From contig NC_042998.1 of NCBI RefSeq assembly GCF_006345805.1, positions 188,294,001-188,358,000 of the forward strand: DNA of 64,000 bases, written 5' to 3'. The translations under genes were made by a program, and so were the position numbers. Positions 1-12,695 of the stretch are shown one piece after another. How positions within the stretch are numbered: the first letter of the stretch is position 1; every line of letters starts with the position of its first letter. Origin of the DNA: Octopus sinensis (lineage: Eukaryota). The notes under the pieces were generated by a model, which saw only the letters and a program-made list of their open reading frames with translations, had not been told where the DNA came from and did not search any database.

Positions 1-869
1 CTATTAAAGTTCACTATGTGATAGGAGAATCTCACAATTATTGATAGAAGCTAAAAATAAGAATTGGGCCGTAGCCAAAATACAATCGACCTGAAAGTGT
101 TTTCTTAGAGTTCAAATAGCAACATGCTTTGTTATTGACATATGATGCATAAGAATGTTTTGAAATATGGAAATACAAAATCTAAATTTTTCTATTCCAT
201 CTATATTACTTAATTCCTCTATTGTCGACTATGATATATATATTAATTAGAATCAGCAGATATAAAGCACTAATTCTTTAATACGCAAAAATAATCCCTT
301 TTTAAGGCGATCAACCATGGAAATCTATTACAAAGTTTAAAAGAAACGTTCAGGCATCGCTGAGTAATTTGCTTTTATATAATGTTTCAATTATTTTCAT
401 CTGCTGACGGTGGATCATCTTAACACATTTAGTATAAATACCAAGTGATGATACTAATCAATATATACTAAAGTACATAACACAAAGCTATTTATGTGTG
501 TTGCATGTGTATTTAGTGTGAATCTATGTGTATCGCGAAGACATTTCGAACTTCGTTGTAGGGAATATAGTCATACTTTCTGAGGAGCTCGGTTGAAATA
601 CAATTTTCGTGGGGAGCTTTGATATTGTTTGTAGAAAATTTTTACTAAACGTGACTATGTTATTCTAACCATTCCATCATGTTTGACGGTTTCTTCAGAT
701 ACACCTAGAAGTTTTCTCCAGCGTCCTAAAATGGCTATCTGTTAGTAGGAAGCCTGTCTATAATTTTAGTGGAGCGTGTTTAGACTACTGCTTTCTAATA
801 TGGCCATAGCACGCACAGTGTAAAATTAACGACGGAACTCAAGGCAATCTTGTGATTGTCTCAATGTGA

Positions 870-1240
870 TATGTCAGCTACTTGAAGAGGCAGAAAAGTT
901 ATCACTCTACTCCCCAGAACGAAGACAGGAAAGATACGCAGTGTTATACATCTAAAAAAATCCGGGAAGGAATTGTATCAAATTTTAAAATCGAATGTTG
1001 CGCAAACAGCAGAAAGGGATGCCACTGCAAAGAGCCAAAGATCTCAACATTACTATCAGGATACAGGACCAGATACTGCAACAGCTTAGGTTTCAAGGGC
1101 CTACAACTCTTCAATACCCCCCACCAAAGCATGAGAGACCTATATGGGGTGAATCAAGATGTCTTCAAAATTATGTTGGATCGCCTCTTGTCAAGAGCGC
1201 CGGATCAACCTACCTCACGGGAGAAGACGCAATCAAGCAG
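870..1240 (+). mobile_element. Degenerate CR1/L2-like LINE ORF2 3' end (post-RT region), frameshifted
   Basis: Alternative frame reads KLSLYSPERRQERYAVLYI*K (cf. LYSLERRRERY..IY.WKI). The ORF-track frame continues EGIVSNF...NSLGFKGLQLFNTP...DVFKIMLDRLLSRAPDQP, the typical C-terminus of these LINEs. Confidence 0.75.
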
Positions 1241-1302
1241 TGAAAGCGTAGCAAAGATAATGGCGGTCTACCGGCATGGCCGTAGGTCCCGAGCTGAAAC
1301 TA

Positions 1303-1348
<46 letters not shown>

Positions 1349-1857
1349 TATATATAATATATATATATATATACATATACCTACTCAATATTGTGTGTAT
1401 ATCATATAACTATATACAATGTAATATTAAATAACAAAATATGATAGATATATATATTAGATTACTGGTGTGTTAAGAATATTCTGTTTCATTGCTATAA
1501 ATTATTGTAGAAGATATCTATATGTTTTTGTAGATATGTTCTGTAATACGTTATAGCAATGAAACCAACAAGTTAACACAATAGTGCCTAGTTACCCAGT
1601 TCATATCAACCCTTAATATTAGTCGCTTCGTAAGCTATAGGTCCGCGGATATGTGGGAATGGTACACATTTGCTAATGATGATTTTAACAAGAATACAAA
1701 TATGTATCAAGCTGTTCCCTCACTTTTTCTATCCACACATTGCATAAGCGAATTGTTTACAATCGTCTTAGCACACTACTGGATAAAAACAACCTATCGG
1801 GTTATTCTACAGTACGGTATAGAAATATAGACATATATACATCCACATATATATATA

Positions 1858-2185
1858 CAGAGGTTGGACAAAATAATGGAAACATCTTAAAATTTCAAAC
1901 AAATTTATTTTGGCAGTAATTACAGCTTGAATTCTACGAGGTATAGACTTTTACAAAGATTGAATTGTTCCGAAAGGAATTTTTGTTCATTCTTCAGTTA
2001 AAACAATCTCCAGTTCTTGTAGTAATGATGGTGGAGGATATCGGCTCCTCGTTTTTCTAAAATGCTTCATAAATGTTCAATAATATTGAGATCTGGGGAC
2101 TGTGGATTTCAGATAAGATGTTCAACTGTTTTGCAACGATTGTTTTTGAAAGTAGTGGCTTTCTGATTGTAGCCCTCCCGTGAAA
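1858..2185 (-). mobile_element. Tc1-family transposon remnant: transposase C-terminus plus one TIR
   Basis: TA followed by CAGAGGTTGGACAAAATAATGGAAACA (Tc1-type TIR) at 1856-1884. Minus strand reads [17 protein letters not shown]...LQELEIVLTEE*TKIPFGTIQSL*KSIPRRIQAV. Confidence 0.85.
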
Positions 2186-2204
2186 TCCGATGTATATATA
2201 TATA

Positions 2205-2254
<50 letters not shown>

Positions 2255-2340
2255 ATATCTGCTTGAGTGATTGTGCACACGCACATGTAAAAGCATATCA
2301 TAAAATGACGTGTATATATATATATATAATATATATAATA

Positions 2341-2379
<39 letters not shown>

Positions 2380-3135
2380 AGATACATTTTCCCCATAAAT
2401 ATATATATATATATGTATTAATATACATTATGTCTCACTCAATAAATCTCTCTTTCTATTCGTCTTTCACACACAAGGCTGAACTTAGTAAAGTATAAAA
2501 CTATTATAATACTGAAGTGTGAGGTTGAAGCCAACTCCTAGATTTGTAAAACTGAATAGTGCGTGAAGAGAAATTAAAAATCTTTGTATAAAACACGTTT
2601 TACCTCTTTAGAGAAATACTGAAAATACAAAAAAAATACGAAGGAAAATAGTTTGAGAACAGTGTAAATATATTGCTGACTCATAATACACTTCCATGAT
2701 CTGTATTCCAACTGATACATACTTACATACAGACATAATACATACATACATAACAGTTAATCTTACATTCATATATATACAGGTACGCATAAAATAATTT
2801 AATATGTTATTGCCTCTGTTGTTGAAATGCAGCCACGCTGGGATATCGCCTTTAAAGATTTAGTTGAACACATTGCCACCAGTACTCCTTTTAGTCATTT
2901 ACATGTACTATCGCTTCCTTATTTTCGAATCGCTAAGTTACAATATATAAAAGGCACAATATATACACAAAGACGCACACACATCCATGCACATATCTTC
3001 ACAGACGCACATAAATTCACATGTACATGCACACAAACACATGTATAAATGGCTGAACAATTGACACAAGCATTCAATATTTGAAAATAGTGATAAATAT
3101 TTTTTCATAATTTTTTCATAATTACTGTATAGAAT

Positions 3136-3349
3136 GAAGGCGGCGAGCTGGCAGAATCGTTAGCACGCCGGGCGAATTGCCTGGCGGCATATCGTCTGTC
3201 TTTACCTTGTGAGATCGAATGCTGCCGGGGTCATCTTAGCAGTCCATCTTTTGGGAGTCGATAAAATATGTACCAGTTGAGTACTGTGGTAGATTTCATC
3301 GACTTACTCTATCCTCTAAACTGCTGGCTTTGTGCCAAAATTTGAACCA
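3136..3349 (+). mobile_element. tRNA-derived SINE family A (GGCGGCGAGCTGGCAGAA head), alternative-tail variant
   Basis: Head and GTCGATAAA.TAAGTACCAG core match other copies in the window. Flanked by an ~17-bp TSD taattact(g/a)tatagaat. Confidence 0.85.
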
Positions 3350-4131
3350 ATAATTACTATATAGAATCAGTCGAATGTTCTGCGTTTCCAGTAAACGCGT
3401 GTGAAAACTAGTGTATAATACTATCGAAAAAATACGACCACCGCGCTGAAAATTGTCACTGATATCTCGCCACGAACTCAACGATACCATTTGTGAAAGA
3501 AGTCGTTCGATTTCAGCTTCAAGATGGCTCTGTTGTTTAATTATTGGAGTACGAGTGACAGAAGATCAATTTTAGTGGAATTAGTGAGCAGGGTAAACTG
3601 AAAGTATATCATTAGACATAACGTATATTGTGGTGGTAGGCAAAGAAGGTATTAAAATTGCCGTAAAAAATATTGAAGATAAAATAAAATTTATTGATAA
3701 TGAAGGGAAGGAAAATTAAAAATATAAAACAGTAGTATGCAGGATAACCAAAGAGGCTTGGGATTTGAAAATGGTTTGAAGAAGTTAAAAATGCTAAAAC
3801 TAATGTTAGTGAGATCTGAAAGAGATGGAGACTTAGAGTTATGAAAATATCGAATATTCTGTTGTTGTGTGACAATCTGGCATTACCAATGTGGGGCTAC
3901 CATCATGTGGATGATCTCTTAAATGTACTTAAGTGTAGTGTAGAAAGGTTCAAAATGCCTCTCACTGACGCTTAAGTGAGTGATTGATTCCAGGAAGCCT
4001 CCGGGACAGAGCCTGCATCAGCTACCGTTCGACCGCAAAATTCGCCTCAGGGTAAACAAGATACTTGCTTCTGTTGAGATGCAGCGAAACCAGACTAGTT
4101 GCAAAGCCGATTTCGTATGAACAAAGACATG

Positions 4132-4179
<48 letters not shown>

Positions 4180-4666
4180 GTTTGTGTGTGTGTGGTGTGT
4201 GTGTGTGTGTGTGTGTGTGTTTGTGTTGTATGTATGTGTATATATATATATGTATTTATATATACATATATATACTATAAATAATGTGGGTGGCTTATTA
4301 GCAACTTAGACCCTAAAGGCAAATTTGTAGACATCACCAAAGTGACAGAGGGTAAAAAATGATACCATCATTGTTAGAAATAAGAGTCAAAACGACGCAT
4401 TAACCACAAAAGCACTATCTTAGTAAATTGACATGGGAGACAAAGTACCCTATCGTGGTTGATATAACCCTAGGCGCAGTAAGAACCACTAACGAGAATT
4501 AAGATGCTCTGCATCAAAATTCAAAATCACGGGGTATGGTCATATCTGCGACCGTAGAGAATTTTATCTCCTTTTCAACTTACTAAGATATTGCTTTTGT
4601 GGCTAATTTCTAATTTCTAGCAATGCTGGTACCACTCTGTACCCGCTGACACTTTAGTGACGTCTA

Positions 4667-4851
<185 letters not shown>

Positions 4852-5072
4852 GCAATACAGCCATCATATGGCAATCACGGATGAATTTCCGCAAATGGGT
4901 TTTGGGGTTATCGTTTTACATACCCACCTAAAAGTATGAAAGGCAATATTGGAATTTGAACATTGAAAGCAGAAAAATTAAGCAAGTATAGCAACGTAGT
5001 CTTTCTGTGATAAGACGCTCAGCCATTCGGGTGTTTTCCATCTATATCCATATAAACATGTGTATGTGTAAG

Positions 5073-5135
<63 letters not shown>

Positions 5136-5631
5136 CACACATACGCCGCACACACACACACACACATATATGCTGAATTGCGTCTATAACAGTCTTTTTA
5201 TCTACATTTGTATATACTTCATATAGTTTCCCACGAGTCTTATTATTTCACAGTAGGTGTGATCGAAGCAATTCTCATAATTATAGACCTATTTCTAAGA
5301 GCTGCCACAAATATGCTATAATCTGTTATAGGTAAAGAGAAGCTAACAACTGATCTAAAAATAACTTCTAAACCGAATAAACAATTTTTTTTTAGTCATT
5401 TCTCAACTAGAATTCCCTAATAAAATAGAATACAATGTGAATACATTTTGAATAAGCTGTTGTTGTTGCTGTTGACGTTATTAATCATAATAATAATAAT
5501 ATAATAGAACGTACACAATGACTTGCACTATTTAGTGTAGTATCTTTACATTCTGAGTCAAATCGCCTTACCCTCTTATCGCTGATATTTGAACAAGTAT
5601 ATTAACAATAATACACTGAGAGCCATATGTA

Positions 5632-5975
5632 TAAGCATACATACATACATACGTACATACATACATACATACATACATACATACATACATACATACATAC
5701 TTACTTACTTACATACATACATACATACATACATATACATACATACATACATATATACATGCATACATACATATATGCATACGTGCATACATACATACAT
5801 GCATGCATACATACATACACACATACATACATACATGCATACATACATGCATACACCCGTACATATATACATACATACATACATAGATGCATACATACAT
5901 ACATACATGCATACCTACATACATGCATACATACATGCATACATACATACATACATACATACATACATGCATACA

Positions 5976-6009
<34 letters not shown>

Positions 6010-6375
6010 CTTGCATGCATACATACATACATACATATATACTTGCATGCATACATACATACATATATACTTGCATGCATACATACATACATACATACAT
6101 ATATACATGTATACATACATACATACATGCATACATACATACATACATATATACTTGCATGCATACATACATACATACATATATACTTGCATGCATACAT
6201 ACATACATACATATATACTTGCATGCATACATACATACATACATACATACATACATACATGTATACATACATACATACATGCATACATACATACATACAT
6301 ACATATATACTTGCATGCATACATACATACATGCATGCATACATACATACATACATACGTAGATACATGAATGCA

Positions 6376-6409
<34 letters not shown>

Positions 6410-6424
6410 CATACATACATGTAT
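5632..6424. repeat. ~800-bp degenerate (TACA)n tetranucleotide array
   Basis: Directly visible, with recurring TGCA/TATA/TTGCA variant units; source of the HTYI/MYVC pseudo-ORFs. Confidence 0.97.
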
Positions 6425-6640
6425 ATGGACCACTACTTCGAAACTTGAAACCCCTCTACCCTGACTATAAATTTATACCCATAATCATTGGTGCACTCGG
6501 TTATGGGGCATTCGGCAAAGTCACAATCTGGAGAAGCCCGAATTTTCAAGCAAAAAAAATATACCGAGTACACAAACTTCACTGATATAATCTGTAAGCG
6601 GAACAATAAAATTATGCCAGACTCTTTTCAAATTTGATAA
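6425..6640 (+). mobile_element. RLE-type (restriction-like endonuclease) non-LTR retrotransposon 3' coding fragment
   Basis: GPLLRNLKPLYPDYKFIPIIIGALGY, the RLE C-terminal IPI(V/I)IGALG motif; homologous to 15860-16050. Confidence 0.8.
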
Positions 6641-6701
6641 GTAACAATTATTGTTACTGTCATCCAAACTCCGACGATGGAGTTATATTTCTTAGCTAGA
6701 A

Positions 6702-7091
6702 ACTCTTTACTCTTTCACTTGTTTCAGTCATTTGACTGCGGCCATGCTGGAGCACCGCCTTTAGTCGAGCAAATCGATCCCAGGACTTATTCTTTGTTAG
6801 CCCAGTACTTATTCTATCGGTCTCTTTTGCCGAACCGCTAAGTGACGGGGACGTAAACACACCAGCATCGGTTGTCAAGCAATGCTAGAGGGACAAACAC
6901 AGACAAACAAACACACACATACATATATATATATATACATATATACGACAGGCTTCTTTCAATTTCCGTCTACCAAATCCACTCACAAGGCATTGGTAGG
7001 CCCGGGGCTATAGCAGAAGACACTTTGCCCAAGATGCCACGCAGTGGGACTGAACCCGGAACCATGTGGTTGGTTGGCAAGCTACTTACCC
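6702..7091 (-). mobile_element. tRNA-derived SINE family B (internal microsatellite, (AAAGAGT)n-like tail)
   Basis: Reverse complement of the full copy at 57192-57610; B-box GGTTCAGTCC, TTGGGCAAGTGTCTT domain, internal TA/CA tract. Confidence 0.92.
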
Positions 7092-7632
7092 GTATTTAAA
7101 AAGAATACTAAAAAATAAAAAAAAACGAAAAGGATGCTCTTTTAATGATTTCATTCAATGGACTGCTTCCATGTTGCGGCATCAAGTTCGAAGATTTAAT
7201 CTGTTGTTTTGTGTCTATTAAATTATTTAACAACATGGAAAGAAACTCCGACTAAAAACTTAGCATGATATTTAATAGTACCATACCCAGATTAAATGGT
7301 ATTTTTGTATATCTATACATTTAGCTAACTATGTGTTATATTTATAAATTATTTATATATTTTCTTGCAAGCAATATAATTCAACCGTAAGTGTGATCGA
7401 AGCAGTTCTCATAATTAATATATTTTCTCACAAGCTATATTATTCAAAAGTAGATATGAGCGAAGCAGTTCTCAAGACCGTCTTAAATATGATTTGTTCC
7501 ACTTATTTAAAAAAATGAAACGATTAACTAATGATTACATACACACACACACATATATATATGTATATGTAAATATATATATATATATATATATATATAC
7601 TTTATTTTAAGCAGCAGAAAATTCAACAAAAT

Positions 7633-7670
7633 CTGTTACTCTGAGTTTCTCGTTGCCGTTCATCAGACAG
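7633..7670 (-). ncRNA. Minimal type I hammerhead ribozyme (Penelope-like element type)
   Basis: Minus strand: CUGU-CUGAUGA-A CG GCAA CG A-GAA-ACUC A GAGU-A-ACAG. Stem I CUGU/ACAG, 2-bp stem II with GNRA loop (10.1-11.1 is A.A), near-palindromic stem III, GUA cleavage triplet. Confidence 0.75.
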
Positions 7671-8672
7671 TTTTTGCTAGAATGGAACAATATATATTAA
7701 TTCAATCTATACTCTTACAAACGCTACACCTTTAAAAAGAAATGGACTTGTTTGATTGGCCCTTTAGAAAAAACGGTCAATCTTCGAGCGATAAACAAAA
7801 AGGTCAAAAATATATGTATATATATATAAAAACTTATAAAAATTATAAAATCCGAGGAAAAAACCTATTGCCGTTATTGAAGACAGTACAAATTAATGCA
7901 TAGAAATTAAACCTGTTATAAATACTGCAATACATATTTATATTAAAATCCACATATATATATCAACATACACAAAAGGATGCGCGTAAACGTCATACAT
8001 ACATATACAGACGTATGAATATGAATCTAAATTATACACATAAAAGCATGTGTACATATATTCACGCAAACCGTCTCGCACGCAAGCTAAAATTCATCTA
8101 TGTAGCAATTCTCATATACTGAGCAAGGAGGGGGAACAAAAGAAAGGGAAAGAGAGAAAAAGGAACGAAAGAGGGGTGGGGGGGGGGAAACTTGTAGCGA
8201 TGTTATTGGCATCTATAGAGGCCAGTATACATACACAAGTTTGAATTGATACATATACATACCGTCGTGTGTATGCGTGCTTAAGCACAAGCATACTTTC
8301 ACTTACACATACACAGATACGCATGCTTACAAATACATATGCTTTGCTATACACAAACTTATATAAACATTCTAAATTTGACAACATTGCTTTTTTTTAA
8401 AAAAAAACATTGCTTTTAAAAAATGGGTGCATTAATAAAAATATATACGAAAGACATATAAAATAAAATATAACATCCTATTTTGGGTCATTTATAAATA
8501 ATCAAGGTAATATAAATAATCAAGGTAATCCTATGCAATACAATAACATGAAAACAAAGTTTGTAGGTTTTTCCTAATATATATGTAGAAACAATAAGAC
8601 TTTGCTATAGATCCGTCGTAGCGCTTAAGAGTCAAAATCAAAAATCAAAAATCAAAATACAAAATATATACT

Positions 8673-10439
8673 CTATCCATATGGTATATTTATATTCGAC
8701 ATTTTAAATTTAGCCGCGTGCCTACATAAGTTCATTAACTCACTTCTTTGATTCAAAGAATTATTGTCTTTGAATAATATGTGCATTTTTTCTAATAAGC
8801 AAAGCTTGCACTTGAAATTATATTTGAAAGTTCCATGCCTGTATGGTGCCGCCCTGTCCAGAATGCTCCATGTCACGTTGAAAGGTGGGGCTTCCTTTTC
8901 TTTTAGTTCCCAGACATATTTTGCTAGGCTGGTTTTCTTCCTATTCTCTGGGTATTTAAAAGAATTCTTATGAGAATAAAATCTTGTTTTAAATGAATTT
9001 TCTGAAGCCCCTGTGTATGTCTTGTATTCCGATGAGCCTTCCACTTGCACCTTGGCTCTATAAACTACTCCTTTCACTAGACATTTCCCTTCTAACGGAC
9101 AGGAGCTTTCGTTTTTGAAATTACATTTCTTAATGGGCTCGGCACCATGTCTAATCTCAATTAGCTTCCTATTATGTTGGCTAATGTAAGAGGCGAAATT
9201 TCTGCAACAAGAATAGCTAACCTTCAGGGTTCTTCTATTAAATATTCTGTAGAATTTATGACCCTGCTTAAAATGCTTAGAGACTAATCTCAAAAATTCC
9301 TTACCTATATTAGTCTTTACGGCCAAATTGAAAGCCGGGTTGAACCACAAAACTTTCCTGGTCCTAGTTCTTCGTGCAGCATTATTATTAGCATTAAGCT
9401 GGTTGAACTGGATCTTCTCCGAGAATCCACTATTCTTTAATGCGCTATCGTAATAAGGTGCAGCATTATGGAATGCTGCCTCGTCCGAAGAAATTGAAGA
9501 TATTCTTCTACCTACATTGCTGACTAAGTTGCTAAGGATAACTGGTGGATGGTTCGAATCTTTGCTAATATACGATAGCTTTTCATTGGGCTTACGGAAA
9601 GGTTTAAATCTATCCGATCTTACATTAAAATTTACGTCTAAAAAATCTACACTATTCAGGTTAGTATCTATCGTAATCCGTAAGCCCATCCTTTGAAAGA
9701 AAGCTATAAGGTCCTTCCTAAGTCTATCTGATTCATGGCCGTTTAGATTATGCGTGGCTATAAGGCCGTCATCCCTATATAGACCTGCATCTATAAATGG
9801 GAATTCTATTTTTAGATTATGGAGAATAAAGGCTCCTATGAGCATACATAATTCAGCCCCGTCGTATGCCCCCATCGGTACATCGAAAAGAGAATCCTCA
9901 GTCTTCTTAATCCAGGTGGAATCCTCGAAAAACAGAAGCGATTTCCTCGCATGCATAATAATTTCAATTTCCGAACTATCGATGTTGACATACTGCTTGG
10001 CGAAGTCCAATGCCCTTAGGAGCAACGTCCTAGATATCGACGGGTAAAAGTCAATAATGTCGAATTGTGTGAAACTACAATTATTCTTATAGCTAATACC
10101 TTTAAACCACTCTATAACTGACTTACTATTCTTCCAAATTCTCAAGTCTACTTCACTATCTAACTTAACTAAAATACGGTCCAAAATATTTTTGCTAATA
10201 ATTCCTATCTCAGTTTTAGCCGGATTTATCAATCTACATTTGGGGTTTCTACTAAAATTGTCTTTATGGTCTTTCAGAGTAATAAAAGCTGGTCGTGGTG
10301 AAAGGTATTCAATCCTATCGCTAATCTTAAGATCGTTAGCTATTCCTCTTGCTTCTAAGTTCACCTCTTTGTATATATTCGTGTTGTCTTTTTTGTATGT
10401 GTCCGTGACACTATTCGAAATCAGGCGTTTATAAACGTC
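8673..10439 (-). CDS. Penelope-like retroelement (Naiad-type) reverse transcriptase + C-terminal GIY-YIG endonuclease; 5'-truncated but uninterrupted
   Basis: Motifs FITLKDHK, RLINP, FDIIDFYPSI, PMGAYDGAELC, LYRDDGL, FLDV, SNHPP, WFNP, CN(F)...CPLEGKC, GVVYRA...YTGASE..FKTRFYSHKNSF, CKLCLLEK, LNQRSE..CRH. The frame stays open and homologous ~25 codons upstream of the ORF-track start (DVYKRLISNSVTDTYKK). Confidence 0.93.
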   Translation of the reverse strand, partial: DVYKRLISNSVTDTYKKDNTNIYKEVNLEARGIANDLKISDRIEYLSPRPAFITLKDHKDNFSRNPKCRLINPAKTEIGIISKNILDRILVKLDSEVDLRIWKNSKSVIEWFKGISYKNNCSFTQFDIIDFYPSISRTLLLRALDFAKQYVNIDSSEIEIIMHARKSLLFFEDSTWIKKTEDSLFDVPMGAYDGAELCMLIGAFILHNLKIEFPFIDAGLYRDDGLIATHNLNGHESDRLRKDLIAFFQRMGLRITIDTNLNSVDFLDVNFNVRSDRFKPFRKPNEKLSYISKDSNHPPVILSNLVSNVGRRISSISSDEAAFHNAAPYYDSALKNSGFSEKIQFNQLNANNNAARRTRTRKVLWFNPAFNLAVKTNIGKEFLRLVSKHFKQGHKFYRIFNRRTLKVSYSCCRNFASYISQHNRKLIEIRHGAEPIKKCNFKNESSCPLEGKCLVKGVVYRAKVQVEGSSEYKTYTGASENSFKTRFYSHKNSFKYPENRKKTSLAKYVWELKEKEAPPFNVTWSILDRAAPYRHGTFKYNFKCKLCLLEKMHILFKDNNSLNQRSELMNLCRHAAKFKMSNINIPYG

Positions 10440-10587
10440 CTTAATATATATATATTATATTAAATTAGAGACAAAACCACTATTAGGCAAATCATACAAT
10501 GAAAAACTTAAGCCAATACATAAGATTATTTAATTTAAATTATTTAAATATATAACAAAATTATTAAAAAAAATATAATTAATATAT

Positions 10588-10651
10588 CACTACGATCGTT
10601 TCATGGCTGTTAATTTCTTTAAATTTTCGAGTTACAGTCATTCATCAGGTG
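10588..10651 (-). ncRNA. Type I hammerhead ribozyme upstream of the Penelope-like ORF
   Basis: Minus strand: CAC-CUGAUGA-AUGACUGUAA...UUAACAGCCAU-GAA-ACGAUCGU-A-GUG. Stem I CAC/GUG, ~9-bp stem II, perfectly palindromic stem III ACGAUCGU, GUA triplet. Confidence 0.85.
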
Positions 10652-12429
10652 GTTTGGATTTATTCCCTAATATTTATTATTAATATATATATATATATAT
10701 ATATATAAATATATATATATATAAAGGAAGGAGAGAAAGGAAAAGAGGGAGAGAGAAAGATAGAGAGAAGATTAACTAGCTGATTTAATGAAGTATGAAC
10801 TATCCACTTATGGGCAATGAATTCAAATCCCCTTCAGGTTTTATGGGTAGAATTTCGTATATTCATTGACTTTGTGCATCAATGTTTCAGCAATAAATAC
10901 GTTATCAGCTGGAAATTTTCAGCTTCAAATCATAGTCTTCTAACCATTTCAATCCGCCTTCTGATGAATGGTGCAACAGCCAGGTCTACTCAGAGGTTTC
11001 CCGATAAGCTGGCATTTCCCTCTCAATGTAAGCATGCATATTAAGACAGGTTTCATCCAACAGTTTAAGCTATGTAGTTATTCATTCGTGAGGCACATTC
11101 TGAGATACATCATAGCCTTCTGCTATCTGTTAATTTGCAACCCATGAGCCTGAAATCGCGTGAAATCGAGTACCCGCGAGTACCAAATTCTGTGTTTGCG
11201 TTTTTACTCTTTCTTCTAGCTCATAACTATGCTTATAAATCTTGTAACAGAAGCTTCTCATACTTAGAAAAGTGGTTGTTTCATTCTTTCTCATTCAATT
11301 CTTCCTTCTTTCTATGATTTTCTTTCCTCTTCACCTTTCGTTCCAACAATATATACCATATCAAAATTAGATACGTTACAGAATAGTGAAACAAAATATG
11401 TAGTATAACGTATAGTATAATAATAAAATATAGAGGGAGTCAGCAGTAGTACATTACCATCCATTATTTTATTGACCTCCTCCAGGTGAGTTAAAGTGTA
11501 AAAACCAACCGTAATAGCATAAAAATTCATCGAAATGAATAACCTCAGTGTTTGCACAATCACTACATTTGCTTCCAACCTCATATTTGAAAACGGGATA
11601 AACCTTAATCCATCTAAAAAGCCATGAACCAGTATTGTAAATAAGCCACAAACAACGCTTAATTTTTCTTCACTTCAAAAAGAGTTAAACCATGCTCGAG
11701 GAATTTCCTGGTGTATTTTTAAATTTTCGTTCTGTTTAAATGCTTGCAGACAAATTAAAACCCCATTGGCACACTTTTCGTACCATGTCTACTTTTCACC
11801 TTCCACGGACTATGTTCTTGGATGTTTCAATCGTTATTATCATACAGTGAGCTGCTTAATAGATTACAACTGTTTAAACAGTAAAATAAAAAAAAATAAC
11901 TATAAAAAAAATTGAAAGAACGAAATCTTTTGGCATGAAATACAGTGGAACTAATACTACATATTAAAATTAGTTAGATACATCAACTGTTTGCTCAGCG
12001 GGGTATGTTCACATTCCAGAATTATCCGTACAAACTTACATCCGCATATTTACATATTCAAAAACACATATGTGTGCATATGTATGTGTATCCTTTAAGC
12101 GTATTTATACTTATATATATACGTATGTATAACATCGTGATGAGCAGTGTAGCATAAGAAATAGGTCTCCAGTGAAAAGAATATGCGACCAAAGTTTGTT
12201 TTCTGTCCATATTCATCTCACTGAATCCATTAATGCTCTCGGGAAAGACAAGAACGTCACAGATACACCTACTGAAGGGAAAAGTAGCTGATCAACCATT
12301 GATTGATTCCTTTCACCATTAAAGGTAAAGCAACTGGGTCTATTGGACTTGTACGTTACTTAAACAATACATACTTTTACATGTATTATTGTATTTTGAA
12401 TATATTTGTATATTTGCCTTAATTATGTT

Positions 12430-12695
12430 AGCATATCAATGTGTTATCTCTTGTGAAAGGTAAGAGAGTCCAGTTTGCTGGACATTGTTGTAGAGCTGAA
12501 AAAGAGGTAACTTCTACTCTTCTCCTCTGGAAGCCATCTACCCGCAATACTAGAGGGCGCACACTCTCCTACCCTGATGTAATCTCCAGGGATACAGGCA
12601 TCCAGCAACAGGACTTATGTATGACCGTGAAGTCTGGCGTAGCATGGTAAATTCCATTGTCTCGACCACGGTCGAACAATAATGATGATGATGAT
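12430..12695 (+). mobile_element. RTE-clade LINE 3' end with (TGA)n tail
   Basis: KRVQFAGHCCRAEKEVTSTLLLWKP...GRTLSYPDVISRDTG, followed by aataatgatgatgatgat. Confidence 0.85.

Noticed and set aside
11469-11651. Minus ORF with YEVGSKCSDC, reminiscent of the CAP/CRISP hinge
   Set aside because: Only a short motif; no convincing donor site and no other CAP residues.
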